Assembly (NCBI GenBank): GCA_964016885.1 | Contig: OZ024753.1 | Location: forward strand, 35,464,001-35,528,000 | Source of the DNA: Eledone cirrhosa | Taxonomy: Eukaryota | Length of the DNA: 64,000 nt | Direction of reading: 5' to 3' | Shown: piece after piece, positions 1 through 12,115 of the stretch | How the letters are laid out: each line of letters starts with the position of its first letter | Numbering within the stretch: position 1 is the stretch's first letter | The notes under the pieces: generated by a model | Database searches by the model: none | The model's input: only the letters and a program-made list of their open reading frames with translations | What the model was told of the DNA's origin: nothing | Program-made: the position numbers and the translations under genes

Positions 1-290
1 CATTTTCATAAGAGAAGACATCTCTCACTCACCCCAAGGTGGATAGGAGATCTCCCCGTTGGACGGTGAGAGTTGACAAGTCTTACTGGGGTCATCCTAG
101 ATCGGCGAACCCCACAGGCGTCATCGTGTATAGAGCCGACCAGGTCCACCAGCGCTGGTGGTCCCGTGCCATCCACTCTGCCTCATCTAAGGTAACGTCG
201 TGCCGAGCCTCTGGAGATCTTCCTTAATCACATCCAGCCATCTGGTGCAAGGTCAGCTGTGAGGCCTCATCCAGCCCGCAGCTGCTGCGT
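1..290 (-). mobile_element. Degenerate RTE-like LINE 3' end
   Basis: Minus-strand translation gives ...RWLDVIKEDLQRLGT..., resembling the RTE C-terminal W.D.I..DL motif. Confidence 0.55.
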
Positions 291-1556
291 CGTTGCTGTT
301 GTAATAATTGATAACAACGGAAATCAATCTTGTTAAGGGTGTGTATATATATGGGACTCTTAACAGCTACTAGGGTAATAGGTCACGTCGATCTGACACA
401 CTGTGTGTTTGGGGCATTTTAAACCTGGAGGAACCCAGCTGATTTCTTAGAGAGAGAGAGGGAGAGGGTATGTGTGTGTGTGTGTGTGTGTGGAAGTGAG
501 AAAGATATTCAGGGAAATAATTGACTCAAATACTATTTCTTATCGACATCAAAAGGATAAAAGGCAAAATTGACCTCGACTAGATTTGAACTCAGAGAGG
601 AGAGAGAGCTGGAATGGATAGCGCAAAACATTCTCTCTGACGTTCTAACAACTCTGCCAATTCGCCACCGCCGCCTCAGTGGTCTAAAGTCTCGAACCTG
701 GAGGTTCATCAGGCCAGAGCTTATCCCGGTTCCCATGGCGTTAAGCGACTGAGAGTAAAAGACTCACCCTCCCTTGGATAGGATATGACACCAGTCCATC
801 ACAGGGATAATAAACCCTTAGCTATTGCTGAAACTCATTTTCAGCTGAGTATATTGGAGCAACGTGAAATGAAGTGTTTTGTTCAAGAGTGCAACACACA
901 ACCCAGTCGAGGAATCAAACCCATGACATATTGAACATATGTCCAACACCTTTACCACTAGGCTACATGCCTTCACTGTGGTATTTAGTTGAGTTTGTTA
1001 TTTTTAGAGCAAGAATAAAGATTACTCTACAAACAGATGTGTTACAGAGCGTGAGAGCTCTGACGAATATTATCCCCCAAAAGAAAAGAATGATGTCCTA
1101 CAAGTCGATATCTTTTGTAACATAGATTATTGAAGTCTCATGATCCACTTCGGGCTCGCAGCGTTTTCAATAATGCAACAAAGATTTAGTTATTATTGAC
1201 TAAAAGAAGACTTATTTTAAATGTTGATACTTGTTTTTTTGTAAGACTAACAACATTAAGTTACATAAAGGTATTTAATAGTAAACTCACTCGACCGGTT
1301 GGCATTGAAACTGGAATGTTTTTGTGCAAAAGAGAACACAAGTGCGTGTGTGTGTTGGTCCTCCGTCGATTTTGATGACGAGCGTCCCAGTTGATCGAAC
1401 AAACGGGACAGCATGCTCGATAAACTTTAATCTGTTATTTTAATAAATATTTGCTCTACGGTTCTTATATATTTGATATATATTTATCCTTATCGAGCCC
1501 TCTTTGGATTTTAGTCTTCAAATTTATTATTATTACTATTATATATATATATATAT

Positions 1557-1895
1557 ACTTCTGGCGTCACGCAGTAATACAGAGTACCCGACCTCCCATG
1601 GGTACATGCTGAAGCATATAAACAATATGCCCCCACACCCCCCACCGCAAGGTGGTCGTGGAGGTGCCACGGCAAAAAAGCACCCAGCCCACACTGTAAA
1701 GTGGACGTGTAGGCGCCACGAAAAAGCACCCAGCACTCACTGTAAATGAGGTTGGTGTTAGGAAGGGCATCCAGCTGTAGAAATCAAGCCAAATCAGTTC
1801 CTGTATGAGCAAGGCATGGTCAGCCGACCAGACACTGCCCAGAACAGGACAACCCGTCTAACCCATGCTAGCGTGGAAGAACGGACGTAAAACGG

Positions 1896-1926
<31 letters not shown>
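1557..1926 (+). mobile_element. RTE LINE 3' fragment
   Basis: Matches 39836-40202, with a (GAT)n tail. Confidence 0.85.
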
Positions 1927-1960
1927 ATATATATATATATATATATATAATATTTTAAAG

Positions 1961-1997
<37 letters not shown>

Positions 1998-2039
1998 CTT
2001 CAAAATATTAATAAATATAGACATTCATGTGATCAAATA

Positions 2040-2105
2040 TATTTTATTATACATATTTCACATGTACTGAGCTATTTCAACAGTACGTCCTCATCAGATA
2101 AAATA
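2040..2105 (-). ncRNA. Minimal type I hammerhead ribozyme motif (partly decayed)
   Basis: Minus strand: UAUUUUAU-CUGAUGA-ggacGUACUG(uugaaauagcu)CAGUACaugu-GAA-AUAUGUAU-A-AUAAAAUA. Same stem I as the 38978 copy, different stem II. Confidence 0.62.
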
Positions 2106-2270
2106 AGTTGATGCCTGATATACCTTGATGGTTATAATTGATGGTTAAACTTTTAATTATATATATATAGTATACAAAGATCGGAATTAAGAGTATTCCG
2201 CAATTCACAGTAATAATAATAATAGTATTAGCTCAAAGAAGAATAGAGAATTTTCTTCTGAGCTCAAATG

Positions 2271-2393
2271 CAAATATATTACACAAAGAGAAGTGTGTTA
2301 CACAGTGAGATGTGTGTAAAGAATTATTACAAGTGAGTTTCTCTTTACACACATCTCACTGTGTAACACACTTCTCTTTGTGTAATATATTTG
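2271..2393. repeat. Perfect inverted repeat with 52-bp arms and a 19-nt loop
   Basis: 2271-2322 is the exact reverse complement of 2342-2393. Confidence 0.95.
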
Positions 2394-2591
2394 TATATAT
2401 ATATATATATAATACTGAAACCGGTACCATTATTAAATGCGGAAATATCTTCTTTTTAAATAAATAAATGTTTTGATGTTACACTGAAAGAATCTCTTCA
2501 GCATTTTCTACTGAAAAAATCTTTTTTCTTTCTACTATTTGTTTATATATATATATATATATATTTCCAAACGACTTAAAGATATATATAT

Positions 2592-2663
<72 letters not shown>

Positions 2664-2804
2664 GGGCATCCAACTGTAGAAAACCTGCCAGACAGTCCTA
2701 TGCGAGCAAGACAATCACTCTTGCCTCAAGTGGGACTACCCCCGTCCAAACCCATGCAAGCGTGGAACACGGACGTTAAACGTTGATGATGATGATGATG
2801 ATGA

Positions 2805-2850
<46 letters not shown>

Positions 2851-3649
2851 CTCTGTGATAAACAGGCGAAACTCCAGAGTAACAAGACTCACTATTTACC
2901 CTTGATAAAATTAATATTTATACTCTACTTCGGTATTGAGTACTATGTTACATTATATAATTGATATGTTATTATCTATTTGATAATATTTCCTAAAACA
3001 TACTATATATACAATAATTCACAATTTGTCACATTAACCTGACTATGAAATGTATATAATACTCGTTTCTGTATGAATAACTTTTCATTAAGATTTTTCT
3101 CTACATTTTACGCTCTAATGATAAGTTATTTGTTATTCATTGTTTCCCGTTCTATTTCTCGTTGTAGTTCGATAACATCTTAAAATACTTTTACCAGATT
3201 AATTAATTTCATTTTCAAGTAGCTAGCGAACATCTTGGATCAAATACTGGGTTCAAATACAGCGATACAAGACTGAGTATGACAGCTGCATCATTTTCTA
3301 AGATATCGTTATATTGGGATCAAATATAACCATACATAACTGAATGTGCTAGCCGTATCATGTTCTATGATATATCTATATACAGGGATCAAATACTTAA
3401 CTGAGTATATCAGCAGTCACATTCTGTGCTATATCGTTATACTAGGATCAAATATAGCATGTTTTGGGCATTTTAAAACCTGGTAGAGCCCATCTTCTCT
3501 CCAGATTTGAACACAGACAACATCTTCTATATATATAGAGAGAGTTTTGCAAGAGATGTCAACATGAATGGACCTGTTATTTTTATCTAAAGACACTTTT
3601 TCCAATTCCAACCCACCCGTCCCCTCAATCTATCTTGTTTCTCATTCTT

Positions 3650-3685
3650 TCTTCTGATGAAGGACTAGCGTCCGAAACGTTAAGA
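3650..3685 (+). ncRNA. Minimal type I hammerhead ribozyme motif
   Basis: UCUU-CUGAUGA-A-GGAC(uagc)GUCC-GAA-ACGU-U-AAGA. 4-bp stem I, 4-bp stem II, palindromic loop-less stem III (dimer type), GUU triplet. Confidence 0.7.
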
Positions 3686-3779
3686 CCCTCTTCCTGCTAT
3701 ATCAAGCGTTAACCTTCCATATACTGTACCGATTGTGTTGTTATTTCTGTTTACCCCCATACATACATACATACATACA

Positions 3780-3948
<169 letters not shown>

Positions 3949-5120
3949 AAAGAGATGAAGTAAGAAAAAATATATAAAGGAAAAATCAACTCCAGTATTT
4001 GACTGGTATTTTTTTTATCGACCTCGAAAGGTTGAAAGGCAAAACTGACCTCCAGAGAACTGGAACGAATGCCACAAATCATTCTAACTGATGTTCTATC
4101 TTCGCCACATACCAGTTAAATACTGCGGTTGATATAATCAACTTACTGCTCCTCCAAATTGCTGGGCACGTGTCTTAATTAGAAGCCATTAATTTACTGT
4201 TATGCTTTCCCCCCAAATAGCTTCTTGCTCTAATGTATAGCTTCCTTAACTTTCTGGTTACTGTAGCATATATTACTCAGATAGTTAGCTGGTTGGTTAG
4301 TTAGTTAGTTAGTTCATTAATTAGGTGACTAGAGAGATAGATGAGATAAGATAGATAACATACCAGAGGATGAGCAAGAGAGGAAGAAGGATGAAAGAGT
4401 CAGCAGCATACCAATTATTATTATTAATAAATAACAAATAAAGAAATCATTATTATCGTTATTATTTTTACTATGATTTTTTTTTTAAAGTAAATTTCCT
4501 AAGTTGAATTAATTCTCCTTCAACATACTCAAATATTTTAAATTATAGCATTTTAATTATATAATTTGTGTTCGGAATTCAAATGCTGCCTGGTTTAGCT
4601 TTGTCTTTTATTCTTAAGGGAGTTGATAAAATAAAGTACCAGTCCTGCACTGGGGTCAATTTAATTGACTTTTCCCTCCCACCAAAAGTGTTGGCCTAAA
4701 TCAGAAACCAATATTTTTATTGGCAGTTGCAGTAGAGCATCGAACAACATGCTTTACGGCATAGAGCTAAAGTCCTTTACGTTCTAAGTTCAAATCCTGC
4801 TCAGCTTAACTTTGCCTTTCAACCTTACGGGGTCGATAAAATAAAGTACCAGTTCAGTACTGGATTCGATATAATCGACTTTCCCCTCTCTGAAAGATGT
4901 TGGCCTTGAGTTAATTTTTTTTAAAAAGTAAATTCCGTAATGAATGAATTCTCCTCCTTCAACATACCCTAATATTTTTAGTTATGGCTTTTTTCTATTC
5001 TGAGTTCAAACCCTGCTGGGACCAAGGTTGCCTCCATCTTTCCGCCGTCGATAAAATATAAAATGGGCAGAACCGCCTACATGAATCTAGCTACTTTTTT
5101 CCGTGTCATTTTTTTGCGTT

Positions 5121-5462
5121 TCATCATCATCATCATCATTTCATTTTACGTCCGCTTTTCCCTGCTTGCAAGGGTGGGACGGGAACTGATTCTGGCTTTG
5201 ATTTCTACAGCTGGATGCCCTTCCTAACACCAACCTCATTTACAGTGAGTGCTGGGTGCTTTTTTGCCGTGGCACCTCCACGACCACTTTGCAGTGGAAT
5301 GCTAGGGACCCCAGTCCCTATCATCTCATTTCTACAGCTGAGTAAACTGGAGCAATGTGAAATAAAGTGTCTTGCTCAAGGAAACAACACATCACCCGGT
5401 GTGAGAATTGAACTCACAACCTTTCGACTGCAAGGCCAATGCTCTAACCACTAAGCCATGTG

Positions 5463-5467
<5 letters not shown>
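5121..5467 (-). mobile_element. Full-length copy of the tRNA/CORE-like/RTE-tail SINE
   Basis: Reverse complement of 61606-61930, plus a short internal segment that the 61606 copy lacks. Confidence 0.85.
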
Positions 5468-5534
<67 letters not shown>

Positions 5535-5765
5535 TGATTATATCCGTATATATATATATATACACACATGATTATATCCGGATATATATATATACACACA
5601 TGATTATATCCGGATATATGCACGTTAACTTAATATATGTATATTTTGTCCGTATCTGCATGTATATACTTATACACAGATGTGTTTACAGAATGTATAC
5701 ATGTGTATATTAATATATGTACTGTGTATGCCAAAATAAAGACATCCCCTGCACTCACACACACT

Positions 5766-5801
<36 letters not shown>

Positions 5802-5899
5802 CATACACATATGTATAATATACATACACACACATATATATATATACATACACACACACACACACATATATACATACACACACACACACACATACATAT

Positions 5900-5934
<35 letters not shown>

Positions 5935-8129
5935 TATATATATACATACAAAAAATATATATAGTAAAACCTACTCCAGCCAGTAGGCATCTCTAACAAA
6001 ATACCACCACCACCCCCACCCCATCCACACCACCCCGTTCTATGTAAAGTTATGTTGGTGCCGCGCCATCCAGGCCGAAACAAATGAGATCGTGTAGGCC
6101 GAAACAAATGAGATCGTGTAGGTGTCACGACAAAAAAACACACAGTCCACGCTGTAATGTGGCCGTGTAGGCAACACGGTAAAAACCTCCCAGACCCACA
6201 CTGTAAATGTGGTTGGTGTTAGGAAGGGCATCCAACTGTAGAAAACCTGCCAGACAGTCCTATGCGAGCAAGACAATCACTCTTGCCTCAAGTGGGACTA
6301 CCCCCGTCCAAACCCATGCAAGCGTGGAACACGGACGTTAAACGTTGATGATGATGATGATGACACGCATATATATATAGATATATATACACATACACAC
6401 AGATACACATATATACACACATATACTCACACTCATATATACATACACATATACTCATACCCATATATACACACACACATATACCAAATTCTTCCTCCCC
6501 CTCTCTCAGTTATCAATGCCCTCCACTGTTTTGTCTCTTCTGTTCTCTACCATTGATGTAGGTTCTATCTATAGAGTGACCTCTATTATTATAACAGACC
6601 ACTGTTGTGTTGGTGTCTTCATTACAAACCATCAGCATCACAGGCACCTCTCTCTCTGCTCACTCTTTTATCTACTTCTTGACCCCCCTCTCTTCAACTG
6701 TTTCACTCTCTCTCTCTCTCTCTCACCCTCACATTCCACTCTATCTGTCTGTCTATCCCTCTTTATTACTCTCTATCTCTCTGTTTGTCTCTCTCTCAAT
6801 CTCTATCTCTATCTCTCTTTCTTCTTTCTCTCCTTCCTCACTATCTTTTCGTCCCTTTATTCTCTCTCCCTCCTCTCACTTTCTATTTCTCCCTCTCTTC
6901 TCTGTCCCTTCTCTATCTTCCCCCCCTCTCTCTCTGTCCCCACCCCTCTCACTCTTTCCCTTAATTATTTAACAACGAAGAAAGCTGTCCAAACCGCCCA
7001 CATTCACATCTGAAGAACCACAAAATGATCGCTCATCATTCTATTAATAAAGATTTATAATTTAGACACAAGGCCAAGACATTTGGCTTGGAAAGAAAGG
7101 AGGAGCAAAGTTGATTAAATCAACCCCAGTATTTAACTGGTGCTTTATTTTATAGACCCCGGAAGGATTAAAGAAAAAGTTGACCTCGGCAGGATTTGAA
7201 CTCAAAACCTAAAGCCAGAACAAATATTGCTAAGCATTTGTCCAATGCTCTAACGATCCTGTCATTCTATCGTCCTCAACTTTCTATTAACAAAAGAGCG
7301 GAAACAAATACCGCAAGGCACTCTATTCAACGTTCTAACGACTCTATTAATTCGGTGCCTGAAATAGGCATAACTATATTAAATATTATTCTCATTGGTT
7401 ATTATGGTTGTTGTTATCATTGTTGTTCAGCAATAGGTCTGCTCTTATTATAGAAGGATACATCACCGAATGGTTATGAAGTTTGTTTCACAATTATAAT
7501 GTGCCACGTTGATACCACTACGAGATTTGAACTCAGGGAGCAGAGAGCCAAAACGAATACTGCAAAGCATTTTATCCGACATTCTAACGAATCTGCCAAT
7601 TCGCTGCCCTCACTATCTAATCTAGTGGATGCACGATCCCCGTAACTCTTGAGAGAGCTGTTGGGGCGCCGTATTGACATACAGCATTTCTCGAATATTT
7701 TATAACCTGGCAGAATCCATCTCCTCTCCAGGTCTGAATACAGCAGATTTCTTCCTGAGAGAGGAAGAATAGACCCCAGTTCTAGACTGGTACTTTTTTT
7801 TATCGACCTTGAGTGGATGAAAGGCAAAGTTGACCTCGGCGGGATTTGAACTCATAGAGCCGAAACGAGTGCTGCAAAGCTTTCTATCCAACGTTCTAAT
7901 GAATCTGCCAATTCACCGCCCTCGCTATCTAATCTACTGAACCTTAAAGATAATAACAGACAAAGAAATTAAGGAATATATTCTATCCAATTTCCTATTT
8001 GATATTATAAGAAGTCCATTTCTTGAAATCGTTCCAAAGTGGTTTACTCCAATTTTGGCTGGATACTGGTCATCTGGTTAGTTGATAAATCTCAACCTAT
8101 GTCAGCCTTTGCCAACAAACCGAATCAAC

Positions 8130-8290
8130 AATTACGAGCGCAAATAATTAGTTGGAAATCAGTGGATATCCACGATGACTGCTGTTCCAATTATTCGAAT
8201 AACGGGACAACCTGCTCCAGAAATTTTACACGTAAGTGCCTGAACAGTCCAACCATAACGTAATTCCCAGGGAGATTCAGCGTTTCACAA
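8130..8290 (+). mobile_element. Old SINE fragment with Deu/Nin-like domain
   Basis: aacgggacaacctgctccagaaattttacacgtaagtgcctgaacagtcc resembles the Nin/Deu domain. Related fragment at about 1350-1425. Confidence 0.45.
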
Positions 8291-10276
8291 TCTAGGAAAT
8301 TTCAAAATGTTAAATATAAGCGACAGCTTCCCCCCCCCCCCCCCCGCTCTTCTACTGCACCATTACCATTCTCCAGATCGATAAATAAAAAAGAAAAAAA
8401 AAAGATCTCTCTCTCTCTCTCTCTCAAAAAAAAACCTACAAATTTGTTCTCAACTGTATCTGCTTTAAAAGAGAACAAGAAATAAATCGATTGCAGTAAA
8501 ATGTATCAATTCTCTGATATGTATTGATGAAATATTGATGTAGAGGAAGATAGGGGTGTACCAATTATTTATATTATTTTTTTAACCTTGACGAATTTTA
8601 ATTTTGTAGACTGGATGGATTACATAGAAGTGACAGTAGCTCCGCCATATTGGATTGGATCTTGTTTTGTTTTGTTTTGTTTTGTTTTGTTTTGTATGGC
8701 AATTTAGTCTCATTATGTTAATTATCACATGCCATTTACTACAATCACTGATGAGGGACTAATTTTTTAATATGTAATCCATGTGCAACCATGCAGTATT
8801 CTTCTTCCCCTTGTTTTTCATATATATATATATATATATATATACATACATACATACAAAGATGTGTATAGACATAAATATATACATACATATACAAACA
8901 TACAATCATACAAACACATACACACATAGATATATATATATATATATAGAGAGAGAGAAACATACGTATAAAATATATGTATGTATTTACTTATGTATAT
9001 ATGTATGTGCTGCATATGCATGTATGTATGTCATGTAGCTTAGTGGTTACAGTATTCGACAGACGATCCTCAGGTCGTAAGTTCGATTGTTGGCGCTGCG
9101 TTGTATCCTTGAGCAAGACACCTTATTTTGCTTGCACCAGTCCATATATACGATAGTGCAAATAGCTGGAATCAGTGGTTGTACATTCTACATCTAAAGC
9201 TTAGTGTATTCATTCATGCTTGCAAACATACATATATAGACACAGACACACAACCATATATATATTTATATACTTACACACGAACTACTGACCAAATAAT
9301 ATTTGGTATTAATGGGTTAAAGACATCTGTCAAATCAATTAGTGGTGAAGGTGGTATATATATATATATATATATATCATCATCATCATCATCATCATTT
9401 TACGTCTGCTTTTCCCTGCTTGCAAGGGTGGGACGGGAACTGATACTGGCTTGATTTCTACAGCTGGATGCCCTTCCTAACACCAACCTCATTTACAGTG
9501 AGTGCTGGGTGCTTTTTTGCCGTGGCACCTCCACGACCACTTTGCAGTGGAATGATAAGGACCCCTGTCCCTATCATCTCATTTCTACAGCTGAGTAAAC
9601 TGGAGCAATTTGAAATAAAGTCTCTTGCTCAAGGAAACAACACATATATATATATATATATACACCAAGGTAAGAGTAATAACATTAAGAAAACTTTGTT
9701 TTGAACATTTTGAAAGTAGGTTTATAAGTATGAATTTTCATAAGACTTTTGTAGCTGTCTCTGTGGCCTAGTGGTAGGTACTAGAGATGGTGGAGATCCT
9801 GGTCGGGAGGCACATGTAACCTTTTTTCAGTTTTTTATTTTACAACCAATAGAAAATACTGAAAAGGTTTACCGGGAACCCTACTCCTGACCAGGATCGA
9901 ACTTCAGACCAGGATCACCACTGTCTTCGATTCCTCCAAATAGGCCACCGAGACAACTACGAAAGTATAATGAAAATTGATTATTGTAAACCTACTTTCA
10001 AAATCAAATTGGTGTCATTGATGGCTTTGCTATTAGTAATATTTAGGGTCGACTTCTGGTCATTATTGAAAGTCTCTGGATTTCGCAAAATACATATTTT
10101 TTATTGGAGAAGGTAAGATATTTTTCCGCAAAAAATTTGATTGCACTGTTTTGTTTCCACTTATGTATTTTTCGAAAATGTTATTTATTCATTATAAAAA
10201 TTAAATGATAGCATTCTATATATAGGTGGGCCCCCTTCATCTCCTGGCAACCAATATTTTTAGACTCAGTCCGCCA

Positions 10277-10322
<46 letters not shown>

Positions 10323-10352
10323 GTAGTTCCACTTTAGCTCGGTCTGAGTCAG

Positions 10353-10395
10353 ACCGAGCTGACGATCAGCATAAGATGAAACATTTGTTCTCGGT
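10353..10395 (+). ncRNA. Minimal type I hammerhead ribozyme motif
   Basis: ACCGAG-CUGACGA-ucagcauaagau-GAA-ACAUUUGU-U-CUCGGU. 6-bp stem I, near-palindromic stem III, weak stem II. Confidence 0.6.
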
Positions 10396-10993
10396 ATGGT
10401 GAACTAACTGTTGTGGAACTACTTCTACCAAACTCGTCCCATAAACTGAGTGCTCTACTACTTCGGATATAACCCTCCAGTGTTCTACTATTATATATAT
10501 ATATATATATATATAGTTATTACTATTAAACCAACTAAAACTAGATACTAGTCTAGAAATCTAAGCTAAACGCCAAGCATTTACTGCAGTTAAAACATCA
10601 AAGGTAATGTGTTTTTTTGTTGTGATATAAACTTGGTGTTTAGCTAACCCCAACTACAGGTTAAACAGTCCAGCTACACCCGAGATTAAATTTGTCAGGC
10701 TGAAACTTCGAAGTTACTTTCGCTTCTTTACTTATAAAAAATAAATTTCTGCACTCTACCTACAATTAACAACTAATGTTTGAATGTTTTAAGCAATATG
10801 GTATTTTAAAGACACACACCACACCACACCACACGCATACACACACACACACACACACACAGTTACACACACACACACACACACACACAAGCTTTTTCTT
10901 CCAGCTCTCTCTTGCTTCTGCCATTTTGATGCCGTTAGAGTCTAATGAATTACTTTAAAAGGTAAACGAATACATATAATGACCTACACACAT

Positions 10994-11025
<32 letters not shown>

Positions 11026-11514
11026 TTATATGTAGGGGGTGTGAGAGTGAGAGATTAGATGCGTGAGTGTGTATGTTTAAGTATTTGATAAGCACCAAAT
11101 GAGTGGAAAGGTTAGCCATATTTAACAAGCTCAAGTGCTTACTTATCCTTATTTACTAAAAGAACGCTGCTGCTAGTGACCAGTTTTTCCTGTTGCTCTG
11201 TTAACTTGTGACCGACTTCATGGAGGGATCAGTAAAGCTGGGTGACAGGTTCAATACTATCCGTTCACCTTTTGTCATTCTAAATGAATTTTCTGTTCGT
11301 TTTTGTTGTTGTTGTTGTTGCTTTTTTTAGGGGGTGAAAGAGAAGATGGGGGTGTTAAATCATTCACAATTAGGCGACGAATTAATAGAGTCGTCTCGTT
11401 AGAATGTCAGAAAGAAATCTTTGCGATTATTTGTCCCGGTCATTGCCTTCTCAGAGCTCAAATCCCACCGAGGTTTCTTTTCCAATTATTTCTGAATTCA
11501 ACGATGGCTGAATA

Positions 11515-12115
11515 GTGTTGTTGTTGTTGTTGGTGGTGGTGGGTAGGCTGGGGGTGGAATGATGCTGATGGTGGTGACGGTGAGGCTGGGGGTGGGGTGA
11601 TGGTGGCACTGATGACGGTCGTAATGATGGTAGTGGCGGCGGCGGTGGTGGTAGCGGTAATGGCAGTGATGGTAATGGCGGTGGTGGTGATGGCGGTGGC
11701 GGTAATGGCGGTGATGGTAATGGCGGTGGTGGTGATGGCGGTGATGGTGATGGCGGTGGTGGTAATGGCGGTGGTGGTAATGGCGGTGGTGGTAATGGCG
11801 GTGGTGGTAATGGCGGTGGTGGTAATGGTGATAGCAGTAATGGTGGTGGTGGTGGTAGCGGTAATAGTGATGATGGTAACGGTGGTGGTGGTAACGGTGA
11901 TGGTGATGGTGGTGCTGATGATGGTAATGGCGGTGGTGGTGGTAGCGGTGATGGTGATGACGGTAACGGTGGTGGTGGTAGCAGTGATGGTGTTGGTGGT
12001 GATGGTGATGGTGGTGGTGGTGGCAGCGGCGGTGACGGTGATGGCAGCGACGCTGTTGTTGACAACGATAGCCAAAATGAAGATGATGATGATGATGATG
12101 TTGATGCTGCTGATG
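11515..12115 (+). repeat. Compound (GGT/GAT/GGC) trinucleotide repeat
   Basis: Includes ggtaatggcggtggt 15-mer units. Similar tracts at 14330-15180 and 51750-52430. Confidence 0.92.

Noticed and set aside
8640-8655. YY1-like CCGCCATATT as a promoter of an unseen gene
   Set aside because: A single short motif with no associated exon evidence.
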